DNA of 64,000 bases. Origin: Macrostomum lignano. Its lineage: Eukaryota. The position numbers and the translations under genes were made by a program. The stretch covers positions 76,912-140,911 of the forward strand of contig NIVC01001153.1 in the NCBI GenBank assembly GCA_002269645.1, given 5' to 3'. The notes under the pieces are model-generated. The model saw only the letters and a program-made list of their open reading frames with translations, did no database searches and was not told the DNA's origin. Below are positions 1 to 11,372 of the stretch, one piece after another (position 1 is the first letter of the stretch; every line of letters starts with the position of its first letter).

Positions 1-630
1 GAGGCGCCAGCACCAGAGGCGCCAGCACCAGAGGCGCCAGCACCAGAGGCGCCAGCACCAGAGGCGCCAGCACCAGAGGCGCCAGCACCAGAGGCGCCAG
101 CACCAGAGGCGCCAGCACCAGAGGCGCCAGCACCAGAGGCGCCAGCACCAGAGGCGCCAGCACCAGAGGCGCCAGCACCAGAGGCGCCAGCACCAGAGGC
201 GCCAGCACCAGAGGCGCCAGCACCAGAGGCGCCAGCACCAGAGGCGCCAGCACCAGAGGCGCCAGCACCAGAGGCGCCAGCACCAGAGGCGCCAGCACCA
301 GAGGCGCCAGCACCAGAGGCGCCAGCACCAGAGGCGCCAGCACCAGAGGCGCCAGCACCAGAGGCGCCAGCACCAGAGGCGCCAGCACCAGAGGCGCCAG
401 CACCAGAGGCGCCAGCACCAGAGGCGCCAGCACCAGAGGCGCCAGCACCAGAGGCGCCAGCACCAGAGGCGCCAGCACCAGAGGCGCCAGCACCAGAGGC
501 GCCAGCACCAGAGGCGCCAGCACCAGAGGCGCCAGCACCAGAGGCGCCAGCACCAGAGGCGCCAGCACCAGAGGCGCCAGCACCAGAGGCGCCAGCACCA
601 GAGGCGCCAGCACCAGAGGCGCCAGCACCA
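1..630. repeat. Intronic minisatellite, 15-bp unit GAGGCGCCAGCACCA, 42 identical copies, runs off the window edge
   Basis: Perfect periodicity in the sequence. Confidence 0.98.
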
Positions 631-695
631 AATCATACGAATACAGAGATTCTAAGAATCATACGTGACTCATTGCCAATCACCAGTGTTCTCAC

Positions 696-3600
696 ATTCA
701 GCACAGCGTCCACCTGCCGCCGTTGGCTCCCGCCGTCTCTGCTCAGGCCATCGTGCCCAGCTGCTTCCAGACGGTGCAGTCGAAGGTCGCGACCGAGGCT
801 GGCGCACTGCCCGGGTGTTGCGGCTTCAAGGCGGAGGCTCCGCAAGCCGATTAGTCGGACGCCTCGACGGTGCAGCAGGTCGCAGAGGCGGGCCAGCAGA
901 GGCAGCGCATCAGCGGCTGGCAGGCGCCACAACAAGCCGGTGCAGTCGCCAGCGGCGGTGGCTGTCGAAGGCGGCGACGGGTTGGCAGCGTATCTGCTGG
1001 CCGCTGCCGATTGCTGCTGCTGAGATGCTGCGAGGAGCTCGAAATCGGTCGCGATCTTCAAAGCGGTGTTTCGAGTTTTCGTAATTTTTTGAGGATCAAA
1101 CTACCAGCTTGTGTATCTGAAATTTGGATCTTTCTAACTTTGATTAGGAGCCCCTCTCTCCACGTTTCTTCAAATACGTTAAGGTGCCTTTAGGGGATAA
1201 ACCTTCCTCACCTGTTTCTCCCCAAGTACTTTTGAGGACTGCTCCTCTTAACCTGCTTTTCCCCAGGTACTTTTGAGGAGTGCTCCTCTTTTACCTGTTC
1301 TCCCCAGGTACTTTGAGGAGTGCTTTTCTTTATACCTGTTTTCCCCAGGTACTTTGAGGAGTGCTTTTCTTTATACCTGTTCTCCCCAGGTACTTTTGAG
1401 GAGTGCTCCTTTTTACCTGTTCTCCCCAGGTACTTTCGAGGAGTTCTCTTCTTTACCTGTTCTCCCCAGGTACTTTTGAGGAGTCCTCCCTCCAATAATA
1501 ATAAAATAACTGCTTACACCTGCCCTAATGGGCACATGTGCAACCGACAGCTCAGCCGCAGCTATTGCGCGGCGTATCTGAAGGCTGCGTACGGCTGTTC
1601 AGTCCAAGGACTGGGGGTCGCCACCCACACCTTCAATTACCCCAGCTAATGCTGGCACCCATTTTACAGCTGGGTGAACTGAAGCAATGCAGAGTTAAGT
1701 GTCTTGCTCAAGGATACAAATTATTATCCGAGTGGGATTCGGGAATCGAACTTCTCCAAAAACGTAACATCTCTATCTGCTCCTCACCAATCGATCGATG
1801 CCCAGTCTCTTTTCGACATCGTTCACTTCTTGCCAGTTTGTCGGCATAGCAACGGCAACCCTCGCTGGCAGAACTTCGACCAAAGCCGATCGTCGGCACA
1901 TCAAGGCCGACACCGAGTTTTCTCGCTGCAGCCGAACAGCGCATTGAAACTCGTCAGTGTCGAGCTGACGCACCAGGCCTAGCCAGTCGAGTTCGAAAGC
2001 GTCCCTAGCAACCAGCCGAGCGGCCCTAGCAACAGCTCGCAGGTGCCAACGTTGATCGTCATTGCTTGCGCCTTTACCACTGCTACTATTACTGAGAAGT
2101 AGGTAGCTGTGAGTCACCACTCGATCGGGGCCGGGATGTCTGAGCTGGGCGAGGACGGTGGCCGCTTCGGCTGAGGCACCTGAGGCCTCCGGCGGCGGGC
2201 AGGTCAGCAGACAGGGCCGGCGCTCCGAGCATTCGAACAGTTCGAAGTCGGCGAATAAGTTGCGAGTGAGGCTGCGGGTGAAGGACATTGTAGATTGATT
2301 GACAGGTTGCGCATGATTTTCCAGGAGTCACTATTCTAGTTGCTTAAAGTCTTTCCCTGACAACCCTGATTCTTCTGACACCCTGGATGCTGACACTCCT
2401 GACACTCCTGACACTCCTGACAACCTGACACTCCAGACAACCTGACACTCCTGACAATCTGACACTTCTGACACTCCTGACACTCCTGACAACCTGACAC
2501 TCCTGACAACCTAACACCCCTGACAACCTGACACCCCTGACAACCTGACACCCCTGACAACCTGACACCCCTGACAACCTGATACCCCAGTCATCCTAAA
2601 AAAGTAATCCTAAAATTTCAAGTCTACAACTCGCAGTTTCAGTATCTTTACTATGAGTAACATATTAAAAAAATACGTTTAAAATTTAATTTATCTACTT
2701 TATTGAAATTACTTTACTAACAGTAGGTGGTAACAGTTGAAATATTACAATATGCACTCACCAGTAGGCCTGATGCCAGGAGATGCTGTGCAACAGTCGA
2801 TAGTCGCTGCAAGCTGGATAGTGCGGCGCAATAGCGTCGAGTTGGTGCATCAACCCGACGCCTCTGATGACGAATGTCAGAGCTGGCAGCTCCATCAACG
2901 GCTTGGCTGCTCGCCATTCGCTGCCGCCGCCACTTCCGCCTAGCAACTGCTCGGCAACGAAATGAGCGTGCAGCTGCGGAAACCGAGGCAGGCACTTCAA
3001 GCCGAGCAGCTCGAATTCGGCCAGCTGATCCAACAGTTCGGCGGCGATGGCTTGGAAATTCCGGCCGGAGACGATGAGAACGGCGAGCTGCTCCTGGTCT
3101 GCGTAGCGGGGCTCGTCAGGTCGGTGAGCGTCCGATTTTAGCTTGGGTAGCTGAGGGGTGTGGCGGATTGGTGACTGTGGGCTCCAGTGACCTGCTGCTT
3201 TGATGAGGCGCTATTGTCTTCTTTTGTTCCATAATTGATGAAGCGCCATTCCCTCTGATCCCCATTTGATGAGGCGCCATTCTCTTTGTTCCTCATTTGA
3301 TGAGGCCCATCCCCTCTGCTCCCCAACTGATGAGGCACCACCCCCTCTGTTCCCCATTTAATGAGGCGCTACTGTCTCCTCTGTTCCCCAATTAATGAGG
3401 CGCCATCCACTCTGTTCCCCAATTGACGAGGCGCCATTGTCTCCTCTGTTCCCCAATTGATGAGGCGCCATCCCCTCTGTTCCCCATTTGATGAGGCGCC
3501 ATTGTCTCCTCTGTTCCCCAATGAGGCGCCATCCCCTCTGTTCCCCATTTGATGAGGCGCCATTGTCTCCTCTGTTCCCCAATGAGGCGCCATCCCCTCT

Positions 3601-6600
3601 GTTCCCCATTTGATGAGGCGCCATTGTCTCCTCTGTTTCCCAATTGATAAGGCGCCATTGTCCCCTCTGTTCCCCATTTGATGAGGCGCCATTGTCTCCT
3701 CTGTTTCCCAATTGATGAGGCACCATCCCCTCTGTTCCCCATTTGATGAGGCGCCATTGTCCCCTCTGTTCCCCATTTGATGAGGCGCCATTGTCCCCTC
3801 TGTTCCCCATTTGATGAGGCGCCATTGTCTCCTCTGTTCCCCAATTGACGAGGCGCCATTGTCTCCTCTGTTTCCCAATTGATGAGGCACCATCCCCTCT
3901 GTTCCCCATTTGATGAGGCGCCATTGTCTCCTCTGTTTCCCAATTGATGAGGCACCATCCACTCTGTTCCCCATTTGATGAGGCGCCATTGTCTCCTCTG
4001 TTTTTTAATTGATAAGGCGCCATTGTCCCCTCTGTTCCCCATTTGATGAGGCGCCATTGTCTCCTCTGTTTCCCAATTGATGAGGCACCATCCCCTCTGT
4101 TCCCCATTTGATGAGGCGCCATTGTCCCCTCTGTTCCCCATTTGATGAGGCGCCATTGTCCCCTCTGTTCCCCATTTGATGAGGCGCCATTGTCTCCTCT
4201 GTTCCCCAATTGACGAGGCGCCATTGTCTCCTCTGTTTCCCAATTGATGAGGCACCATCCCCTCTGTTCCCCATTTGATGAGGCGCCATTGTCTCCTCTG
4301 TTTCCCAATTGATGAGGCACCATCCACTCTGTTCCCCATTTGATGAGGCGCCATTGTCTCCTCTGTTTTTTAATTGATGAGGCGCCATTGTTTCCTCTGT
4401 TCCCAATTTCATGAAGCGCCATTCCTTTCTGTTCTCCATTTGATGAGGCGCCATTACTCTCCAGCTGTTCCTCATTCGATGAGGCGCTCTGAGGCAACTC
4501 ACCGAGTCAATTCTCGTACAGTGAACAGTTTGCAGCACAGCTGACAAGCACGGCATGGCAAAGAAAAGCAGCGACGCTGGGACGCCTGTAAATCGGAATA
4601 TTTTATTTAAAACTGTATTTCAGCTTTGCAATTCATGTCAGACTACTCACTAGTAAACTAAGAAGTGTCAAGTTTCTGTCTTGACACTTCTCTCTGTTTC
4701 TACCTGTCAACTGTCTTTGACAGTTTTCCTCGAATAAGGTGATTTATAAAATCTCATCGAGAAATGCTTCTAAGAAAATGTGATTATTGGCCGCCCCAAA
4801 GGGGGGCACTAAATTGCTAGTCCATATGCTAAAAATGGCTTGTGGTCAAAAGTTAATCAGAAAAATTATTTTCATCGATCTTCAATGGGTAGAGCAGCAC
4901 TGAGCATTATTTAATACTTCAAGTCCTACTTGACAATAGTCTTGATTTCTTCTCACCCAGCTCTCTTCTTGACTTGATCTCCTTCACCACATTCTGGATG
5001 AAGGCGCCGGCGTGATGCAGCGCGTTTTCGCGTCTGAGAAGCAGAACGCAGGCGACTCCGTTTGAGAAGCAGGCGGCTTGGCTGTCAGCCATGCCTAACA
5101 GATTGGCCAGCTCGTCTCGGTGCAGCTGCACTCTTCGACAGCCAATCAGAGCGAAGCCGCTCTCGCTGGCTAGATGAATCACCTGAGAATGGTTTTATAT
5201 TGACAGGTAAACCTTTAACAGGTAGGGGACTTCTGACAGGCTAAACTCTTCTGACAGGTTAAACTCTTCTGACAGGTTCAACTTCTGACAGGTTCAACTT
5301 CTGATAGGTTAAACTTCTGACAGGTTTAACTTCTGACAGGTTTAACTTCTGACAGGTTCAACTTCTGACAGGTTCAACTTCTGATAGGTTCAACTTCTGA
5401 CAGGTTTAACTTCTGACAGGTTCAACTTCTGACAGGTTCAACTTCTGATAGGTTCAACTTCTGATAGGTTAAACTTCTTACAGGTTAATTTCTGACAGGT
5501 CAACTTCTGACAGATTCAACTTCTGACAGGTTAAACTTCCGACAAATGAACCTGTTTTGTATAGAAAACTTAAACGGCCATTCAGCAGCCAAGCAACTGC
5601 TCACCCAGCCGATCTCAGTGACCAGAGGCGAGGCCAACATCGCCACGTCCTCCAAGGGCGCCGCAGTCAGCAATCTGGCTACGCAGCTTAAATCCTCGCG
5701 GTCGGGGGCCAGGGCTCGAACCTGCGACTGAGTCATCTTTGGCGACAGGCGGCCACCGAAGTAGCGGGCCAGCTCTCTGTCAGGGAGAGAAAGAACTCCA
5801 TCAGTTTAACTTGGCGCACTTAGCAACAAACCTATACTTGATTTACCTTCCCCATAGCAACAAACCCATTCTTAATTTATATTCCCCATAGCAACAAACC
5901 CATGCTTAATATATAAAATGGTATTATAATATTAATATATAAGTGCTTACATTCCCCATAGCAACAAACCCCTGCTTAATCTACCTTCCCATGGCAAACA
6001 AACCCAATGCTTAATTTACCTTTCCCATAGCAACAAACCCATACTCAATAACCTTTCTCATAGTAACAAACCCATACTCAATCTATATTCCCCATAGCAA
6101 CAAACCCATATTCAATATATTCCCCATGGAAACAAACCCATACTCAATCTATATTTCCCCATAGCAACAAACCCGTACTCAACTCGCCTTTTCAGTAACA
6201 AAATCCTAAACTCGGTTTAACTTCCCCATAGCAACAATGATTTTAATTAACTACCTGGGCACACTCTCCGCATAGCGACTAACCGCCCAGCCGTCGCGCC
6301 GGCCTTCAAACACGCCGCCGGAAGCGGCAACCGATCGCATGGCCGTCACGGCCCCGCAGCCGCGCACAGCGATGGCCAGTGTGGCCGCCTGCGATTTCGC
6401 CGCCGAATAAATCATTCGAACTCCGGCCAAGTCGCAGCCAGCCGATGCCACAGACCGCAGCAGGCGGAGCATCCTCGCCGGCTGAGCAGCCGCCAGATCC
6501 CTGTCAAGCTCCAGCACGGAGGCCTCCATAGGCAGAGAGCAGGGTGGCCAGTGCTCCACCAGACCGGACGGCTCTCGTCTCAACGGACACCAGAACATCG

Positions 6601-9600
6601 AGACTCGGTCGCTGGCCAAGGATCGACCGTCCATCGATCGACTCAAGCTGAGCAGAGTCGATAGCGGATGCCTACTCACGAATAGGTCGTTAAATTCGGC
6701 ATTGAACCAAGCTGAGCAGGCTTGATGAAGATTCGTATCGGACAGGTAGCGATGCAGCGGCATGTCCCTGTTGGCGTGGGCGGCAACTTGCAATCGGAGC
6801 TGGCCGCTGCCGCAGTCCGCTAGCTGGCGAAGTCCGAGGATGTGCAGTGGATCGGTTGGTTTGGGCTGAGCAGCTGACAGGCTGAGTAGCCAGACTAGCA
6901 GGCAGTGGTAGCTGGCATCGCGAGCTGTGTCAACAACGTCCAGAGGCTGACCGTTGACTCCCAGAAGCTGACCGCATGGACTTAGCCGGGCTTCTAGGAG
7001 CAGCAGATTCTCCGACTGGCGGCAGGACGGGTCAAGAGGCTCGGGAGCCGGCTCGGTAAAGCTGACGTCATCATGAGCGACCGGTTCGAGGCCGACCGCT
7101 ACGAGATTCGGCGCCAGGTCTCGGAGAGCGAGCAGCAGCGATCGGCGGCGTGACAGCTCCGCTTCCCGCTGGCGCCTTTGGGGGAGAATTTGTGGGTGTT
7201 GGCGAACTGCTTCTTTTAAGACTTTTAGATGCTTTTAGAGAGATTATGCAGTCGAATCTGTGGGGCTGATTGTCACTCCAATAGTTAGTATTAATGGGGT
7301 TGATTGTCGCTTCAATAGACAGTGGAAATGCGGTTGACTGTCGCTTCAATAGACAGTGGAAATGGGGTTGATTGTCGCTTCAATAGACAGTGGAAGTGGG
7401 GTTGATTGTCGCTTCAATAGACCGTGGAAATGGGGTTGATCGTTGCTTCAATAGACAGTGGAAATGGGGTTGATTGTCGCTTCAATAGACCGTGGAAATG
7501 GGGTTGATTGTCGCTTCAATAGACCGTGGAAATGGGGTTGATTGTCGCTTCAATAGACCGTGGAAATGGGGTTGATTGTCGCTTCAATAGACCGTGGAAA
7601 TGGGGTTGATTGTCGCTTCAATAGACAGTGGAAATGGGGTTGATTGTCACTTCAATAGACAGTGGAAATGCGGTTGACTGTCGCTTCAATAGACAGTGGA
7701 AATGGGGTTGATTGTCGCTTCAAAAGACAGTGGAAATGGGGTTGATTGTCGCTTCAATAGACCGTGGAAATGGGGTTGATTGTCGCTTAAATAGACAGTG
7801 GAAATGGGGTTGATTGTCGCTTCAATAGACAGTGGAAATGGGGTTGATTGTCGCTTCAATAGACAGTGGAAATGGGGTTGATTGTCGCTTCAATAGACAG
7901 TGGAAATGGGGTTGACTGTCGCTTCAATAGACAGTGGAAATGGGGTTGATCGTTGCTTCAATAGACAGTGGAAGTGGGGTTGATCGTTGCTTCAATAGAC
8001 AGTGGAAATGGGATTGACTGTCGCTTCAATAGACAGTGGAAATGGGGTTGATCGTTGCTTCAATAGACAGTGGAAGTGGGGTTGATCGTTGCTTCAATAG
8101 ACAGTGGAAATGGGATTGACTGTCGCTTCAATAGACAGTGGAAATGGGGTTGACTGTCGCTTCAATAGACAGTGGAAATGGGATTGACTGTCGCTTCAAT
8201 AGACAGTGGAAATGGGGTTGACTGTCGCTTCAATAGACAGTGGAAATGGGGTTGATCGTTGCTTCAATAGACAGTGGAAATGTCGCCACCACACACTGAA
8301 AATATTCCTTCAACAAAGCAGTTTTTTACTCACATTGCTTGCAATTTTTTCTCCAAATCAGCAGCTGGCGAAAGAGTTTGCGGCGCAGCCATGCTAACAT
8401 TTTCTGGTTTCAACGCCGAGTTTGCTGCTGAATCATCAGACAGTTTATGCTGTCCGGTCGATGCCGTCTTTGACAGGCCATTCTCTTTTGGCTGTGAGTC
8501 TTTGTCAGAGGCCGCGTCACCGCCAGCAACGGGTGAAGTCTTTGTCCCAGCGAAGGCTGTTGTCGAGACTTTTTGAGCTGGCGGACGCTTCGAGTTGGCG
8601 TGGGAATTGGCTGGCCTAAATTTTGGGAGAATTTTTGTTTGGGGGGTTGCTAAGGCGGCTGAGGGGACCGATTGCAAGGCAACACACCAGCCACTAACCA
8701 TCCAGCCTGTTTAGCCCGTCGATACGAGTCCAGCCAGAGACCTCCCGCTGCGCTATCGTCCTCATCCTCCGAGCTGCTCTCTCGATGATTGTCTCCAACC
8801 GCCGTGGCGTCAGCCTTCGCCTCCGACGAGTCCAACAGCGTCGGGCCAAACCGCAGCAGGTCGGACATCTGCAGCGATGCAGCTTGGCTGTGTCGAAGGT
8901 CAACTCGAACTGTTTGTCGTTTAGCAGACGCTTCCATAGCTTGCAGTGCCCGATCAGTGAGCGAGTCCGCGTATGCTGCCGCACCGCTGCTACTGTTAGT
9001 AGTGCTAGTAGCCACTGCTGTGCTTGTTGATGCTGGGCTGCGGCTGGCTGGCGGAGCCGGTTGCGGTTTCGGCTGTCTGGAACCGCTGAACATCAGGCTG
9101 TGCTGGCTCAACTGACGGAGCAGCTCGTCGTTGCGGGCTGCATCTGTCGGGAATGCGGACAAATCGCTAGAGCTGACAGACACTACAGCTGACAGACACT
9201 TCAGCTGACAGATACTACAGCTGACAGACACTACAGCTGACAGACACTACAGCTGACAGACACTACAGCTGACAGATACTACAGCTGACAGACACTACAG
9301 CTGACAGATACTACAGCTGACAGACACTACAGCTGACAGACACTTCAGCTGACAGACACTACAGCTGACAGATACTACAGCTGACAGACACTACAGCTGA
9401 CAGACACTACAGCCGACAGACACTACAGCTGACAGACACTACAGCTGACAGATACTACAGCCGACAGACACTACAGCTGACAGACACTACAGCTGACAGA
9501 CACTACAGCTGACAGACACTACAGCTGACAGACACTTCAGCTGACAGACACTACAGCTGACAGACACTACAGCTGACAGACACTACAGCTGACAGACACT

Positions 9601-10968
9601 ACAGCTGACAGACACTACAGCTGACAGACACTACAGCTGACAGACACTACAGCTGACAGACACTTCAGCTGACAGACACTACAGCTGACAGACACTACAG
9701 CTGACAGACACTACAGCTGACAGACACTACAGCTGACAGACACTACAGCTGACAGACACTACAGCTGACAGACACTACAGCTGACAAACAGACAGTTGGC
9801 AACTCACCAGGCTCAGCCGTCAAGCTGGCGATGTCGATGTCAGCGGGCTCGTCAGGCAGCTGGAGCTGGTCCAGCACTTTCGACAGCTGCGCATCGGCAA
9901 CGTCGCCGAGCTTCAAAGGCGCCCAGCTGCCGCCGTGGCTGCGGCCAGCTGAGCTGGCCAACGTCGTGGATTTTTTCACCTCCGTCGAAGCATTCAGAGC
10001 GGGAGCCCCTGGCGAAGCTGCAGCCGTGGAGGTTCCGGCCGAGGCAAACCGTTTTGGCACGGTGCTCTGGTCGGCGTCGCACTGCGTCCCTGACGACGTG
10101 GATTGTGTCGTCGTGGATAAATACGGTTTCTGCATCTCTGCTGAGTCTTCTTTCGCTGACCAAAACCCAGAGGCGATGTCGCGCACCGGTTCTGGAAAAT
10201 CGACGGCCATGTCGCTGTTGTCTCCAACTTCAGCTTCATCCTGCCAGTCCAGCGAGTTGGAGTCCTGAAAAAAAGTATTGAGCACAATATTTAATTCAGT
10301 CTAACTGTATTGAAAATATACTTTAACAAATCATTTGAGAATCTTACATCCAAAAAGCTGAGGTCGATATCGCCTGACTCTTCATTGCCCAGGGTTGGCC
10401 GGGAAAAAATCTGAATCTGTAGTTATTTAAAATTAAAAATCAAGTACAATACAGTTTACATTTAGGTGATTTTTCGTATGAAGGGAAATGAATGTGAAAT
10501 GAGAATCTATTTGTTGTGAATTATAAGTTCAAAGATCACTTTATAAAACTTTCAAAAAATTGCAAAGTGAATGAAAAGACTGTAGTGGAATATAAGGTAT
10601 AGCTTTTTTATAAAAATTATAACATGTAGACAAACTTTTTGATATGATGATACCATACATGTTTTTAAGTAATTTTGTGGATTCATATAAATTAAGTACG
10701 CCTTAAGTAAGGTAGGGTATTTGGTATTCCTTTACAGATAGGACACCGGGTAAATTATTTTTGTGATATCCTATTATGGTCTAAGGAAAACAGTGCAAAT
10801 CACACGAAAAGCTGCTACACTTGAAAGAAAATAGTCTTAAATAACTTAAAGTTTGATTCGCTATCTCACATTTGATCCACCTGTGGAAGATGTTTCGTCA
10901 TCGTCATCGTCGCTAAAATGAATTTCTGGTAGCTTAAAGCTTAGTTCATTCTCTTCCTTTGAGTCCAT
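696..10968 (-). CDS. DNAAF8: Dynein axonemal assembly factor 8 (Daap1/C16orf71)-like protein with C-terminal NDK-like regions; 12 exons visible, 3' part lies beyond the left edge
   Basis: Hand-built GT-AG model with consistent phases: 10968-10870, 10410-10348, 10264-9808, 9143-8699, 8615-8334, 7175-6255, 5776-5605, 5182-4957, 4585-4503, 3150-2762, 2271-1788, 1100-696. N-terminal LPEIHFSDDDD..IFSR..DIDLS, RQTVRVDLR and acidic SSSEDEDD motifs recall DNAAF8. FALIGCRRVQL..LLLRRENA and LAVRGCGAV recall degenerate NDK folds. Family call is from memory, not a database search. Confidence 0.7.
1206..1488. repeat. Intronic minisatellite, ~41-bp unit (CCTGTTCTCCCCAGGTACTTTTGAGGAGTGC...)
   Basis: About 7 degenerate copies. 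Confidence 0.9.
1540..1770 (-). mobile_element. tRNA-derived SINE remnant with CORE-like body
   Basis: Minus strand has a B-box-like GTTCGATTCCC (1751-1741) followed by CCTTGAGCAAGACACTTAAC, typical of CORE-like SINE bodies. Confidence 0.6.
2352..2590. repeat. Intronic minisatellite built of CTGACAC/CTGACAAC subunits (~9/17 bp)
   Basis: Visible periodicity. Confidence 0.9.
3200..4480. repeat. Intronic minisatellite, ~31-34-bp unit (TGATGAGGCGCCATTGTCTCCTCTGTTCCCCAAT) with higher-order blocks
   Basis: Visible periodicity; source of the spurious ORFs at 3358-4556. Confidence 0.95.
5205..5545. repeat. Intronic minisatellite, 16-bp unit TTCTGACAGGTTCAAC
   Basis: Visible periodicity. Confidence 0.93.
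5820..6240. repeat. Intronic minisatellite, ~33-35-bp unit containing CCATAGCAAC (RFX half-site-like)
   Basis: CCATAGCAAC at 5852, 5886, 5956, 6025, 6092, 6159, 6226, plus variants CCATGGCAAAC and CCATGGAAAC. Confidence 0.85.
7265..8285. repeat. Intronic minisatellite, 34-bp unit ATAGACAGTGGAAATGGGGTTGATTGTCGCTTCA
   Basis: About 29 copies visible. Confidence 0.95.
9170..9790. repeat. Intronic minisatellite, 15-bp unit AGCTGACAGACACTAC-type
   Basis: Fills nearly the whole intron 9144-9807. Confidence 0.95.
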
Positions 10969-11372
10969 CTTAAGGAAATTGCAAGAAAAAATAAGAGTAA
11001 AATTGTAAAAATCTACTCAGTTTCAGCAGGTCAAATTTGCACACTACGCTGGAATCTAGAGCAGACAAGCGTTTTTAGGAGCAGAATATATTCTTTTTGT
11101 TCATTTTGCATAAAAAACATTTTTATTTAAAAATTATATGTAAAATTATAATTATAAAGTTTTTCTGATTCTCATTTCTATTTATTTTGTTTTAGCCCTT
11201 AAGTTCTTAGAAAAAAAGTCCAAAACTTCCACGTGCGAGTTAATGCCCTGGCAATAAGGTTGAGAATAAAGGCGGAAATCCAGACATTTTAAAAGGCAAT
11301 CAAACATATTTTTGACCATAAGAAATTTAACTTAACTATTAGTAGTAGCGACAGCGTCAAAATATTAGTTTA
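10969..11372. promoter_or_regulatory. Putative bidirectional promoter between DNAAF8-like and PWP1
   Basis: Divergent start codons only 404 bp apart; CACGTG E-box near 11230 and GGCGGAAA motif near 11271. Confidence 0.55.

Noticed and set aside
1-630. CRISPR-like regular repeat
   Set aside because: Head-to-tail identical units with no unique spacers, in a eukaryotic intron, and no cas genes; the same applies to all other arrays
3358-4556. Long repetitive ORFs (MAPHQMGNRG...)
   Set aside because: Translation of an intronic minisatellite; flanking exons splice in phase without it
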